DNA from: Yuukianura sp. NJ FZ-2021
Lineage: Eukaryota
Assembly (NCBI GenBank): GCA_046563655.1
Contig: CM102286.1
Coordinates: 11,098,001 to 11,162,000, forward strand
DNA: 64,000 bases
Direction: 5' to 3'
The first letter of the stretch is position 1, and every line of letters starts with the position of its first letter. The notes under the pieces are model-generated. The model saw nothing but the letters and a program-made list of their open reading frames with translations, had not been told where the DNA came from and searched no databases. Made by a program: the position numbers and the translations under genes. Below are positions 35,536-48,500 of this stretch, piece after piece.

Positions 35536-38296
35536 TGTTGCGACCCAAAAATTCAGTTTGGAAAAATTCAGTTTTAAAGAAATTATGACACTTGACAATA
35601 TGATATTATGAAATGAAATGAAATTGTTAATTTGAGTAGGTATTTAGTCAACTCTGGTGCAAATCGTGGCTTAGGTTGCGCTTATAGTCAGCAGAAACTA
35701 CTCACAGAGCAAAATGTCTGAAAAATTTTAATCAAATTAAAAATGCGGATAGACAATTTTAGTTTACTTTTGATAAAAGTTCGGAAATTGACTTGAATTT
35801 TAAAAAAAAATTAGGCTCCAGTCTCTCTTTATGTTTTCGATTAAGAGCTTGCAAATATTTACTTTTGCAGTTCTTGGAAGTTGTTGGTTTGGATTATTTA
35901 TCTTCGTGACCTTACGGAAACAGGTAAGTTGATTTCAAGTGTTTAAATAAATATTCGCATGAAATTTTATAGCACTTTAGTTTTTCCCTCTCCGTTTAAC
36001 CTACCATAATAAAGACTCAAATGCGGTTCCTTCTAATATGGTCAAAATCAATTTGATCAACAAGGGAGAAGGATCAAACATAAGAAAACGTAACCTACAA
36101 TTTGTAATAATGGTTTACATTTTCTCTTTTTGATCAAATTATTTTGACCATTTCACCTGCTACGGTTTCGGATTTGTTAAAATGTCAAAATTTCAAAAAT
36201 CTCCCGTACTCTGAATTTGAAATTTCATTTTTTACTTTATATAAAATTTAAATTATTCAATTCAGCCATCAAAAATTTCGAATTTGTAAATTTATTTGTA
36301 GTGGTTCACTCTGCCTGTTTAAAGAATATGTAAACCTCAATTTATTGGGCCTCTACAATGTTAACAGTAATAAATTGGTTTTGAGTCTACCTAGAAACCT
36401 ATCCTAAACTGAACTGCTGTAATTAGAGTATACAAATGAGTGTATTTGACCTATTACTTGTGAACCGAAAAGGGGACTTGGCAGGTCAAAGGTCAATGAC
36501 CTTCATCTCAAGGGCACACAGAACTCCAAACACATTAGGCAAAAGAAGCTACAAGGAAAAAATGAAATTACTTTAGAGATTTGTAGTGGAGATGGCGAAA
36601 ACTAGGTTTTAAGTAGACCAGTATTGAAACAGACTAACGGTGAGGCTTCAGGACTCAAAGAACAGGGTCGGGGGAACGAATCAAGGTGGAGCTGACTTTA
36701 AATAAAATAAATTACTTTATAAATTAACACACCACAACTTAGAATACACAACTTAATACTTTAGAAACTTATTTAAACTGAACTAGAAAGTTGCTGGAGA
36801 GGGAATAGCTTAACTAAAGCCAGCATTTCGAGAAAAAAAAAACAAATTCAAGAAGAGAGACAAATTCAGGTTCAACAGTGGATTTTGCATTAAATGTTAA
36901 GTTAGACCTACACGAATTACAAAGTAATTACAATTACACGGTAATTACAATTACATAAAGTAATTACAATTACACAGTAATTAGTAAATTAGTTAATACA
37001 AATGACACATACACGCTTGCACAAAAATGCACAGGGTAAGAGCACCGAGACTTTTTACCTCTCCTCAACGAACAACGATCGACGATTAGGTTAATGTTAG
37101 GCTAAGTTAGCCTAACCATAACCTAACGTAAGTTTTTTGAGCAGGCAGAGCCAATTCTACTAAACAATTTTAACTTTTTAACAATGTTAGGCTAGGTTAG
37201 GCTAAGCTAACCTCAACCCTTATTCTTTTTACCTAACAAATGCCTTACAAAACCCTCAAGCATCAGTCTCCAGAGAATTAATTTTAGCCAAAAAGTCTCA
37301 TCTTGTTTAGTAAGTTGATTAATTACTCTAGTTAGTTAATTAGTAATTAGTAAATTCTTTTTTAGATTGATGATTCCAGTAGTTTCTAATGTGTAAATTG
37401 TAAGATGTTTTACATTGATGGAGAGGAGGAGAGGAGTGAAGAAGTATAAGTTTTTTATCTACCCTCATCCAACATCGCGTGTGTTTTTGCTTTTCCGTTT
37501 GTGATGAATTCTGCAACTGATGAATTTGTTGGCTGTTTTTGTAGTTGGGTTGTTTAGTCAGTGGCGACATTTCCACTTCCGTTGACAATTGGCCCCTCCT
37601 CTCGCCGCTTGTTGTTTCGTGTATTGGGTATAAGTGTAGAGTAGTGGGCAAGCACCGATTTTCTTGAAATTTTTTTTGTGAACACCCTATGGACCCCTGA
37701 TAACGAAAATATAATTTTTTTTGAGGGGTCTCAAAAAAAATATTTTTTCGAAATTTTGGAAAAAAAATTTCGAAATTTTTTTTGTCTCCGATTTGGCTCA
37801 AAATTGGTTTTTAGACTAATTTAAGTGTTCTAAACACGAATATGAAAGAATTTTTGTTCTAAAATGTAACACAAAAAAGTTACGAATTTTTAAAGCTATT
37901 CCTTCTACGAGGTTAGATAGGTTAGGTGGCTGAGGTAGGTTGGGTTCAAACAGGCAGCCTTATTTACTCTTTCATTCTAGTTAGATCAAGTTGTATTTTC
38001 CCGCGCCGAAGGCGCGGTGTTAGGTTTGGTTAGATTCACAACAGTGATTATTACTTTCAGTACCAAGTTTTATGGCATCACTGATGCCCATACGCAAACT
38101 TTGGGTATAAGTTGCCCTTACGTTTCTCATAGTACGATTTCTTAAGAAATTGCGTAACTTATTTGTCTTACATCCTAGAACAAAAATTCTTTCATATTCG
38201 TGTTTAGCACACCTAAATTAGTCTAAAAACCGATTTTGAGCCAAATCAGAAACAAAAAAAAATTTCGACATTTTTTTTTTCAAAATTTCGAAAAAA

Positions 38297-41200
38297 AAAA
38301 AAAAAAAAATCAATTTTGACGACACGCAAAAGTTGCTCCCTGCTTATCCATTTACCGAAATAGAAATTGCGAGTATTATCGAGGTTTTTTGGTATCAAAC
38401 TGTTCCTCAATCTCTCGCGCATCTTTTGACATACTTGTTTGGTCAATTTGTCTCCGGATATCCGTCAACCCGGCCATCTTCATCGTCCAAGTCGTCTCTC
38501 ATCTCTGGACAACTCGAAGGACGTTTTCAAACAAACAACTACTTGTGCTGCTAAGCGTTACCTTGTCAACAAATTATCAAATTCAACTTTAAATCTTGAA
38601 AATTCACGGATTTAGACAACCTTTTCTGCTCTTCATGGCAACTGAACGACAGATGAGATACCTCGGAAGTTGTGAAACAAACATCCAACTCAATTTTCCA
38701 GAAAATTCAACGATCAATTTGATTTGTGATAACACCCTGGACACAACCACGGAGAACCCCGGAATCGGGTCATCATCCGATGACTGCGGATTGGAGTTCA
38801 GTGGTTCATCAACTACATCATCGTCATCTACTACGTCATCCACTGGGTGCTTAAGAAAATCACAAATTTCTAAACTAACTGACGACTGGATCAAGAACAA
38901 CATTCAGGAGGCTTCTGGAGCTTTGATCAAGAAACAAGATCTAAAAGATAAATACCATTCTTTTTGCTCTGATGTGAAGATCAAACCTTTAGCCGACGCG
39001 ACAATTGGATTGAAACTATTAAAAGCTTTTCCAAACATTACCAAAACACGAGCCGGCGGACGCAAACATTCTCAACAATCTTACTTCGACATCACTTGGT
39101 CCGCTCCTTCCAATGAGGATATCTCTACAACTTCTCTTGGGCTAAAGCTTGCTGACTTAAGAAAATCTACGTCCACACTCAAACACATTCCAAAAGGAGC
39201 AAGAAGAACGACCGCCTCTGCCCTGTCCACCATCATCGACCAAGCAATCGAGCACAACTCTACAGATTCTTGGGCAAAGTTATTCTACTTCCCCTACCAA
39301 GTTTTTCCCATCCCGTCAAAAGACGATGCTGTCACAAATCTAACCAAATGGGTGAAGACAAACGCTAGCCGTATCACTTCTGAGGCGCCTGCAAACATCT
39401 CCCATCATCAATTCAACCAATTCTCTCGTGGCCATCATCCGTCCTCACATCACTGTAACTCCTCAAAGGTCATTCAATCTAAACTAGCCGACGGGGATAT
39501 ACGCGGTGCAGTTCGAATCCTGGTCTCCGAAGATTGCATAGCCTCCAAGGACTCTGATACTTTGAACATTCTCCACCAATTGCATCCCGATCATCCACTA
39601 CCAACCTCGTTTCCTGCCGCACCTCCGAGATCTGAGGTTATCTTTGAAAACTGTCACGTCATCAAAGCCATCTCGTCATTCCCAAATGGATCCGCCGGAG
39701 GCCTGGACTCTTTTCGTCCACAGATTCTAAAGGAACTAACTTCAAAGTCCTCAGGCGATGAAGGAGCAGCTCTTCTAGCATCAGTTTCTGGATTGTGTAA
39801 CTTCATTGCAAATGGTTCTCTTCCCGATGAAGTGAGACGAATTTTTTGGTGCAACTCTATTAGCAATCCAAAAGAAGAAAGGAGGCATTCGTCCTATCGC
39901 AATCGGCCTTACTTGGAGACGCCTCGTGTCTAAACTTATCCTATCTCACTCGTTGAATGTCATTACTTCAACCTTAAGCCCGATCCAAGTTGGCGTTGGA
40001 ATCAAGAATGGTGCTGAAGCCGTCGCCCACGCTGCCAGAATCTTCTGTAATGCCAACCATGGTTCTGCCAAGGTTCTACTCAAGATGGACTTTCGCAATG
40101 CCTTCAACTTAATTAGAAGAGACCGTATGCTGGACATTGTGAAGACCATACTTCCAGACTTCTACAAATTCGTCTCTGAAGCTTATTCGCACGACTCAGA
40201 TCTCTACTACGACTCTGCTTGCATCAAATCGAAACTAGGAGTGCAGCAGGGGGATCCCCTTGGTCCTGCTCTTTTCGCTTTAACAATCCACCAGCTGGCC
40301 TCTACTTTAACCACTGATTTCAACATCTGGTATTTGGACGACGCAACGATTGCCGATACTCCGGATGTCGTTCTAGAAAATCTAAAGTACATCCAAAGAG
40401 AAGCCTCTTCGTTTGGACTAGAACTCAACCTAAGGAAATGTGAAGTCATCATCCTAAACGCAGACGCAGATGAATCCCGATCAATCGTCCAATCATTCCA
40501 ATCTGTTTCTCCAGACATCATCTTTCCTGAATCTGATCAAGCTGAACTTCTAGGAGCGCCTCTTTTCAAAGAATCGACTCGTCGGATTCTCAAATGCAAA
40601 ACAGAGTACTTCAAGTCACTCTCATCCAAGTTGTCGGAATTACCAGCCCACATCGCGTTCTACCTGCTTCGAGCTTCAATTTCCACCCCAAGACTTCTAT
40701 ATTTCCTCCGATGTGCTCCTTCATTTTTGGAAACCGATCTTCTCGAAGCATACGACTGTGCGCTACGTGCAGTGATGGAATCAATTCTCAACTCTACTTT
40801 GTCTTCAGACGCTTGGTCTCAGTCAAGTCTTCCGGTGAATTTGGGCGGATTAGGAGTTCGCCACGCTAAGGACTGCGCTACATTTTCGTTTTTGGCATCA
40901 GTCCATAGTTGTGCGGAGCTAATTTCTACATTTCTGCCGTCTTCCCTGTCACCCTTCGACAATTCAATGGATTTGGTTTGTTCAACTGGTCTCAATTGGG
41001 CTTCGTTATTCCACAGGACAAAAAATCTCAAAACCTCTGGGAAATTCAAGTCTTTAAGCAAATTTCTTGTTCCCTAGTTCAGAACTCTTCAACCCTTATC
41101 GACAAAGCAAGACTACTGGCTGCCGCTGCACCACATTCTGGAGATTGGTTACACGCAATTCCCTCCGGACAACTTGGAACTCTACTTTCGGACGAATCTT

Positions 41201-41896
41201 TTAGGATTTCTTGTGCTCTTCGCCTAGGAACTGATATATGCCAACCTCATATCTGCTCGTGCGGTGCTCCGGTGTCAAGTAACGGTCTCCACGGTTTAAG
41301 CTGTAAGCGTAGCGCCGGAAGACACTCGCGTCACAACTCAGTCAACGACATAATCTTCAGAGCATTACAAACCGCTGGATTTCCTTCAATTAAAGAACCT
41401 GTCGGCTGCAGCAGATCCGATGGCAAACGACCAGATGGTGTTACTCTCATTCCTTGGAGCTCAGGACGCTGCCTCTGCTGGGACTTTACCTGCCGTGACA
41501 CTTATGCAAATTCCTACCTTTCGACATCGTCTTCCCGCTATGGTCATGCAGCCGAATTAGCAGAGACACACAAACATCATCTCTATCGTGACCTAGAATC
41601 TCGCTTCGTGGTATCCATCATTGCCGTCGAGACATCAGGTGTATTCGGATCCGAAGGTCTTCGTCTACTAAAACAAATCGGACATCGGCTGTCAGAAACA
41701 TCTGGAGATAAACGAGCCACGACCTTCTTCCTACAACGAATAAGCCTAGCTGTTCAACGCGGAAACTCCTGCTCAATCTTGGGAACCTTACCCTCAGGAA
41801 AAGATCTTTACGAATTATTCATATTATAATCTAATTTAAATCCTACTTCTTTTCTCAACCTGCCTTTGGCAGGTGACTGTGAAATAAAAATTCTAA
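38297..41896 (+). mobile_element. CRE-clade non-LTR retrotransposon (RT + restriction-like endonuclease)
   Basis: RT motifs GGIRPIAIG, QVGVG, DFRNAFN, GVQQGDPLG, WYLDD, LGGLG. RLE motifs CSC..H..C, RHN, RPDG, WDFT, K..Y. Flanked by TTCGAAAAAA direct repeats. Confidence 0.9.
38635..41829 (+). pseudogene. CRE polyprotein (RFX-like wHTH, RT, Zn knuckle, RLE) with two frameshifts (~39845, ~40975)
   Basis: ORFs 38596-39933, 39926-41077 and 40909-41829 are consecutive pieces of one protein. Confidence 0.85.
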
Positions 41897-42290
41897 TTCG
41901 AAAAAATATTTTTTTTTGAGACCCCTCAAAAAAAATTATATTTTCGTTATCAGGGGTCCATAGGGTGTTCACAAAAAAAATTTGAAAAAAATCGGTGCTT
42001 GCCCACTAGAGTAAAATTTTTCCGTGTATTGTTTCGCTGGGGCGGTTGTGCGCAAGGTTTCTATAGCAACCGCTGCTTCATAAGGTTAGGCAATAAGTCC
42101 TGTTTACGAAAAAATTCGCTCCAAACAATTTTTTCGCCCAATTTTCGCCCAATCCCATTTGATTGCATATAAATCATTACCATAGGAGGGCACGGTGAAC
42201 CAAGTTTTGCTAATTTTTAAACAAAATTTAAAACGCTTGAGTTATTGCCTAACCTGTTGAAGAAAAAACTATTTTTTTTTGTTTACAAAC

Positions 42291-42993
42291 CTTGGTTGTG
42301 CGTGTTGTGCTGCTGGAGCGGAAGATTGCTGCTGTAGTGGTCGACCGTCCTGAACTGGAGCCGTTCCCTTATCGTTCTCGGCAACTAAAAATAAAATCAA
42401 AATTTCGAACTCAAATTTTCCAAAATGTTCAAAAAATCAAAATCTCAGGAACTTTTCTCAAAATGTTACCGTCATTGTGATGATCTCCGGACCCACCTCG
42501 CTTTCCACCACGATTTGTAGGCGTTGGTCGTCGACGAGGATCACGATCACGTTCGGGATGATCATCATTCAATGAAACTGGACTTGCATCATTACTTGAC
42601 AAAAAAAAATTCAATGTTAGAGTTATGGTTTAACTAAAAATTTTAATTGAAACACCCTATTTATCGGCGTATAACGCGCACTAAAATATTCCTAAGACAT
42701 GTGCTTTCTCGCCTATAAAACGCTCTTATATTTTTAACAAAAATCGTCAGTTTTCAGGGAAAAAATTGTTTTTCCTTCCAAAACCAAAACTTTGCGAAAT
42801 TTCTGAGATAATACGCGTGTTATACGCCAGAAAATAAGTCAGTGTCAACAACTTACTTGCCCGGGTAATCATCTCTCCCACGGTGGTCACGACCACCACG
42901 TCTGAAGCTGCTTCCTCTTCCTCCTCCTCCACGCCCTCCTCCTCCTCCGCGGAACCGTCCTCCTTCATTCTCCCGTCGAAATCGGTCATCCAT
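42291..42993 (-). CDS. Putative small RGG/Arg-Gly-rich multi-exon protein (partial; 3' end uncertain)
   Basis: MDDRFRRENEGGRFRGGGGGRGGGG...|gtaag, followed by a further R/D/G-rich exon at 42468-42598 with splice-like borders. Confidence 0.4.
42655..42838. mobile_element. Degenerate Tc2/pogo-like MITE
   Basis: TATTTATCGGCGTATAACGCGC ... CGCGTGTTATACGCCAGAAAATA inverted ends. Confidence 0.5.
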
Positions 42994-43170
42994 TTCTCCT
43001 GGAGTAGACTGACGACTTGTGTTTGGACCAGCTTCAAAACAAAATTTCAAAAATCCATCAGTAAAAACAGAAACCACTGTCAGTACTTTAGTTAAGTTGT
43101 TAAATTGTTATCGCCTGACAACTAAATTTCGTTTCAGTTTGTTCATGCGACTGCTGGCTTTGGCGAAATA

Positions 43171-44324
43171 AGGCCGTTTCACACCGGACCACTGGATGGA
43201 TTTTCCTTCCACTGGACGGCAATCCAGTCTTTCACACCAGATTTAATCCGTCTGGATGGATCATCCAGAGAAAGTTGGGGTGGATTTTTTTTCCATGGAC
43301 TGGATTTCCGTTCGTTCAAGCCGAAAAACTCCATCTATGGAAATTTTTTCCACTGGATTTTCTTGTAATGCTGAGAGATGGGAGAAACGATCCAGACCAA
43401 AAGTTCATTCAGGTGAACTTTTGGTCTGGATTGAGTTATGATTTGTCTTACCTTGCCCCAATTTTCTCACGGGCGCGCTGATCGAAAGTTTAAAACGACA
43501 AAACAAATCAAACAGCACTTAGTTTTTTTTAATAACAATACACAACTACAACTTCGCTTTGATTTTAGTCGAAAGTTAATTATTGTTTACAATTAATCAA
43601 AGTTATAATGGATAACGATGGTAAACTGCACGACGGGGACGAGTTGTAAAGTTAAGCATGGCGCCATGCTATTAATCTAGTTGTTTATAGTTAAAGCTGA
43701 AGTTTCCAATTTAGAAAAACTTTGTGACTTGCGTGCCAGCCGAAAGATTCACCTCTACCAAACTTGCTTAGGTCAATGATGGGATCAACTTCTGTCCTGT
43801 GACTCATGACTCTCGACCCTGCGACCACACCCTGAGACTATAGGTTAGGTTCCGTTAGGCAAAACTACTCAGGTTGATAAAACTATACTCAAATGGAAGG
43901 AACTGATCATGTCAAAGGTCAAAGGTCACGTCAAAGGTCAAACATCATGACACCTTTTTCAGCATTGCGTCAAAGGTCATATGACACATACAAGCCAAGT
44001 TCTAGAAAAATCAAGCAATTATTTCGAAATTTGACCTTTGACACACTTTGACGGTAATTTTTTCATGTGTCACGGGCCATGTCACTCGCAAAAGGACTAC
44101 AATTCGGCGCCGGTCATTTACTTGCTTTTCAGAAATTCAATGGAAAATCTCTGTTCACACCGCATCCATGGAATTTTTTTCCACTGGACGGAAAATCCAT
44201 CCATGGAAAAAAAATCCACCCCTCGCTTTCCCCAAAATCTGGTGTGAAAGAGTCAAAATTTTATCCATGGACTGGACGTCCAGTGGACGGAAAATCCATC
44301 CAGAGCTCCGGTGTGAAACGGCCT
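43171..44324. mobile_element. Harbinger-like non-autonomous element
   Basis: TIR AGGCCGTTTCACACCGGA / TCCGGTGTGAAACGGCCT, 3-bp ATA on both flanks, and subterminal TGGA/TCCA repeats. Confidence 0.8.
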
Positions 44325-44778
44325 ATACTCTTTCTTGAACAAGCAAAGGGAGACATAGTATTTCAGAGGATTAGGGTACCTCATCTTGTGAAGTAGAAAA
44401 GTGGGTTGATATACGGGCAAGTTACGCACTTGCAACTGCATTGTGCACATACACCACAAACGTTTCATTTGTCACCACTTATTGGTAATGGTTTATAAGT
44501 GGATGTACATTATCTCGATACTTAGGCTACGTTAAGTTAATTGCTATCACGCAATGTGTACATAGTTGTTGCGATATGACGGGCAGCAATGGCTACATTC
44601 GATGGATACAAAGGATTCAATGAATTGTTAAGTTCACTGCAGAGTGACAGTAAACAAGAGGATAGGAACAGACACGGAGCTTAAGAAAGTACTACCTGCG
44701 ACAGAATTGTGATTTATTTGTCGTCGTCGTCGTCGGTGTCGCTCCGTGTGAAAAGCAGTAGGAAGACGACGTTTGGAA

Positions 44779-45303
44779 ATGGTAAGTACGGATGGGTTAC
44801 ACTTGACCTTGAGCATTGAATAACCATTTATTAAAACAAAAATCACCACGGAGTGTTTTCCATTTTTCTCTAGTCGGGTCAGCTTGTAGCAGTCGGTCTG
44901 GCCTTAACGGGCATCGGTTTCATTGGAAGGTACATCTTGAAGAGAGCCCCCAAAGTCGGCGAAGCCATGAAAAGCTTTCCGAATATGTTCGACGCGACAG
45001 CGTCCAGTAAATATTACCGTGGTGGTTTCGAGCCGAAAATGTCGAAAAGGGAAGCATCACTTATTCTTGGAGTCTCCCCGAGTGCACATAAATTAAGAAT
45101 TAAGGTAATTTCACCCCTGGTTTAATTGTGTAACGCTTATGTATGAGAAAAATGGATATAATTTTGACTGTGTTTATTAGGATGCTCACAAAAGAATCAT
45201 GCTAATTAATCATCCAGACCGTGGAGGATCGCCTTATCTCGCTTCTAAAATCAACGAAGCCAAGGACTTAATGGAAAATAGCTCAAAAAGTTCTCACACG
45301 TAG
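44779..45303 (+). CDS. DNAJC19: Mitochondrial import J-protein Tim14/Pam18; exons 44779-44781, 44874-45104, 45181-45303
   Basis: [20 protein letters not shown]...[28 protein letters not shown]. Confidence 0.95.
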
Positions 45304-45586
45304 TTGATATAATGTATGGCTAACAGTAACACGCATTTATTTTTAACGTTTCAGACGCTCCGAACTGAAATAAATACGATAGTGGGTGAAGTTGTGAGCA
45401 ACCAAAGGACAATCTTGATTCGTGATGTGAAGGTTGGGAGTGGAAGGTGAAGAAGAGGACAGGCATATCGTGTTTAGCTTAAGAATTACTAAAACTTAAG
45501 AAAGGTAATTGACTGACATCACATGACCCAGTGGTTTGTGAGGCGCTCCGGCTACGTATAGTTACCGTTCACATGTAATGCAAGTT

Positions 45587-48500
45587 CTAAGTAGCTATGA
45601 ATCTGTTCATGGTGGGTATTGTGCCAAGTTCAATTTCTTCAGCATTTTCAGCTCCTGGTGAAAACGTGGGAAACGATCTGTTTTCAACCATGTAACGGTA
45701 CACGCCATCTTTTTCGTAGTCACCAGTCGTGGATACAACTTCAGATGCTCTCGTCCATACAGAACTTTCATAAGAGCCGGTCGTCCCGTACTCAGTGGTG
45801 GTATCATCGTTTTCGATATCCAAATTATTATGATTCATATCTGTTGTGGTCCAATCCGTTGACACTTCGTTTGTTTCTTTAGTATTTGAACCGGGTTCGC
45901 TCGCGCTGACTTCAGCCGCATCAGTTAGCCCTCTTACGGTATCTGTTGAAGAATACGAGCTAGGTTCGCGGTTGTCATCAGAAGATTTTTCGGTTGAAGC
46001 TGTTTTTCCGTTTCGCTGGTTCGTTTTCATTTCACTTTTAACTCCGGGGTGTCGTCGTGAAGTAGACGAAATTGGTCCTTCGGGATTGCTAATTTGCCGC
46101 ATATTCTCCAACTGCTCGTCAAATTCACGGAGTAATTTCTTGTCTGCATCTTCCTCTGTAACGAATTCATTTTCTTGTCCAATCTCTGGTGAAGTCATCT
46201 CGGTTTGGGAATTTCCGGAGTCATATGTTGTTTGGGAACCAATCTCATCGCTATTCGAATCCAGAAGTCCGGTTTCGTTCTCATCGGAGGTGTACTCTGC
46301 GGTACTTTCGGAATACGGTGAAGAAACCTTTCTCCTATTCCCTATATTTCCGATTTCGTTCGAAAATTCAATGTGTGGACGAAATTGAATTGGATGGCGA
46401 TCTTCGAATTGTCGTACGCTTTCGTTTGATTCTTCACTGGCCGCTTCCGTTGAAACCTCGCCTTGATTGTCGTTCCGTGTCTCATTCAAATCTGTGTCGT
46501 TATCACGTCTGTTGGCCTCTTCCGTAACAGCAGCACTCGTCCCTGGAGGAGTTACATCATTATGGATGGCGTCACCGGTGGAATTAATTTTTAAAGTTTC
46601 GCGCTTTTTTCGCATTTCGTCTTTTTTAGTAACTTTCGTTTTTGCTTTCTTCGGCGGAGCTTTCCCTTTTCCAGGAGGGAATTCGCAAATAAATGCGAAT
46701 TGTTTGTAGCACTCGACAGGAGCCAAAGACCTTGTTGACATGCTCATTGAAGGGCACATGTTGGTTGGACCACCGCCGCCCCTGTCACAAAATAGAAAAG
46801 TAATAAACAGAGAAATCAACTTTAGCGAAAGTAATTTCATAGAAAGTAATAAAGCCGTAATTTGCGTAAGCAGCTTTCTGAGGTACAGAAACGTAGAATC
46901 ATGGCATGACCTTGATGTTACGTTATCGCTAGCCCCAAGGTTTGTAAACAAAAGAAAACTTTTTCTACACCAAGGTTATCCAATAACTGGATGTTTTAAA
47001 ATTTGTTTGAAAAAAAAATCTGCCTTTCTATGGTAATTTTTTGCTTGTAATGGGATTGGTACAGAAATGGTGCGTTTGAAGTAAGATTTTTTTGGAAACG
47101 CTGAGGTATTGGACAACCTGTTGTGGGAACTACAATTTGTTGTATTTGCATTTCGGTTGTCAAGAAACCTTGGCTAGCCCAGAAATGGCGGGCATTTATC
47201 TCAAATGAAACGTTAATTTCTTACATCATCATAGCGTTTGGTGGTAAATTTGGTCTCATTCCCAACATTTTGCTTGAATGTTTCCTCCATTCCCGTTTGT
47301 CTGCGCCAACCCAGACACTTGTTGTAAGTGTTGTTCCCTTCATAAGGAGCATTTGAATACGCTGCATTTCGTCAACATTCATGGCTAGATGGAAAAAGAA
47401 AAGAGCAGTTAAAGCGTCAACTTTCTCCGATTTGCTATGCATGTGAAAGTAAAAAAAGAGCTCTTCGGACAACTTTCTTTCTTGGCTTAAGTAGTTTTAG
47501 CATTGAGCATATTGATTTTGGATAATTTTTGTAGGAGCAAGGAACGAACGTACGCCGGTTCAAAAGTGACCTCGAATTGGCACGGCAAAGGACACTTCAA
47601 AAGCAAAAGGCTAAAAACGCTTTTCGTGTATGTTTGTGTTTTATGCTGTTATGAGTTATGTTTAAGCGTGTGTCCAATCGCTGATCAGAATTGGGGCACA
47701 AACGCTTAATATTTCATAGTTATTGATTAGAGTGAAGCTAAGAAGATTTCGACCAATTTTTTTTAATCATACTCTAATTGACGAGTGTCCCTTGGTCACA
47801 ACGTGAAATCCCATGCTAATGCAAACTATATGTGCAAAAAACTCTCTCTGCTTGGAAGAGTGGAACGATCCTGGGGTGTCCCTTTAACATTTACTTCTCC
47901 AAGCACAGACTTCCAAAAATTCCATCTCAACTCAGAAACCAAAAGGAGGGGGGGGGGGTCTGGGGGGGCTTGCCCCCCCAGCCTTTACAATACATTTTCG
48001 ATTCAACTAGACGGAACCCGTGATGTTTACACATCACGAAATTACCTTTAAGCACTAGGTCATACCTCGGGTCAAACGAAAAAGCTAGCGGATTTTTGAC
48101 AAAATGTTCAAAATCGTCCTTCCTTCATGTCATCGTGATGTGTAAACATCACGGGTTCCGTCTAGTAATTGATAATATCACCTTGCGCAAGCTGTCCTTC
48201 CCGCTTCTTGCAGAAAGCTTTGGCTTTGTCATGAGAGAGGCGACGCTTTTCGAAAAGCTTGAATTTCTTTTTCTTTGTACTTAGCTCATCGGGATAGCCA
48301 CGTCGTTGACTACGGATGTCGTCCATCATGTCTTCCCTGGACGACGGGTAATGGTGATCATAGTCACCAGGATCAGGGTAATGACCTGGACCCCCTCCCT
48401 CTCCTCCGTAATCATCATATCCAAAGCCCTATGAATGATTAAGTGATGAAGATTCAACGGTTTATTAAACAGAAGTTCTGGTATAACTTTTATATACCAC

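Larger units (their letters stand above)
37642..42008. mobile_element. Non-autonomous DNA transposon (Academ-like TAG...CTA ends) whose right TIR is split by a CRE insertion
   Basis: Left arm 37642-37860 is the inverted complement of 38177-38296 plus 41897-42008. Ends TAGTGGGCAAGCACCG / CGGTGCTTGCCCACTA, with GAG on both flanks. Confidence 0.8.

Noticed and set aside
37085..37220. Telomere (TTAGG/CCTAA)
   Set aside because: Only short, degenerate interstitial units associated with repeats.
39838..39855. Programmed ribosomal frameshift in the CRE ORF
   Set aside because: CRE elements are single-ORF, and a second frameshift exists; a homopolymer indel or sequencing error is more likely.
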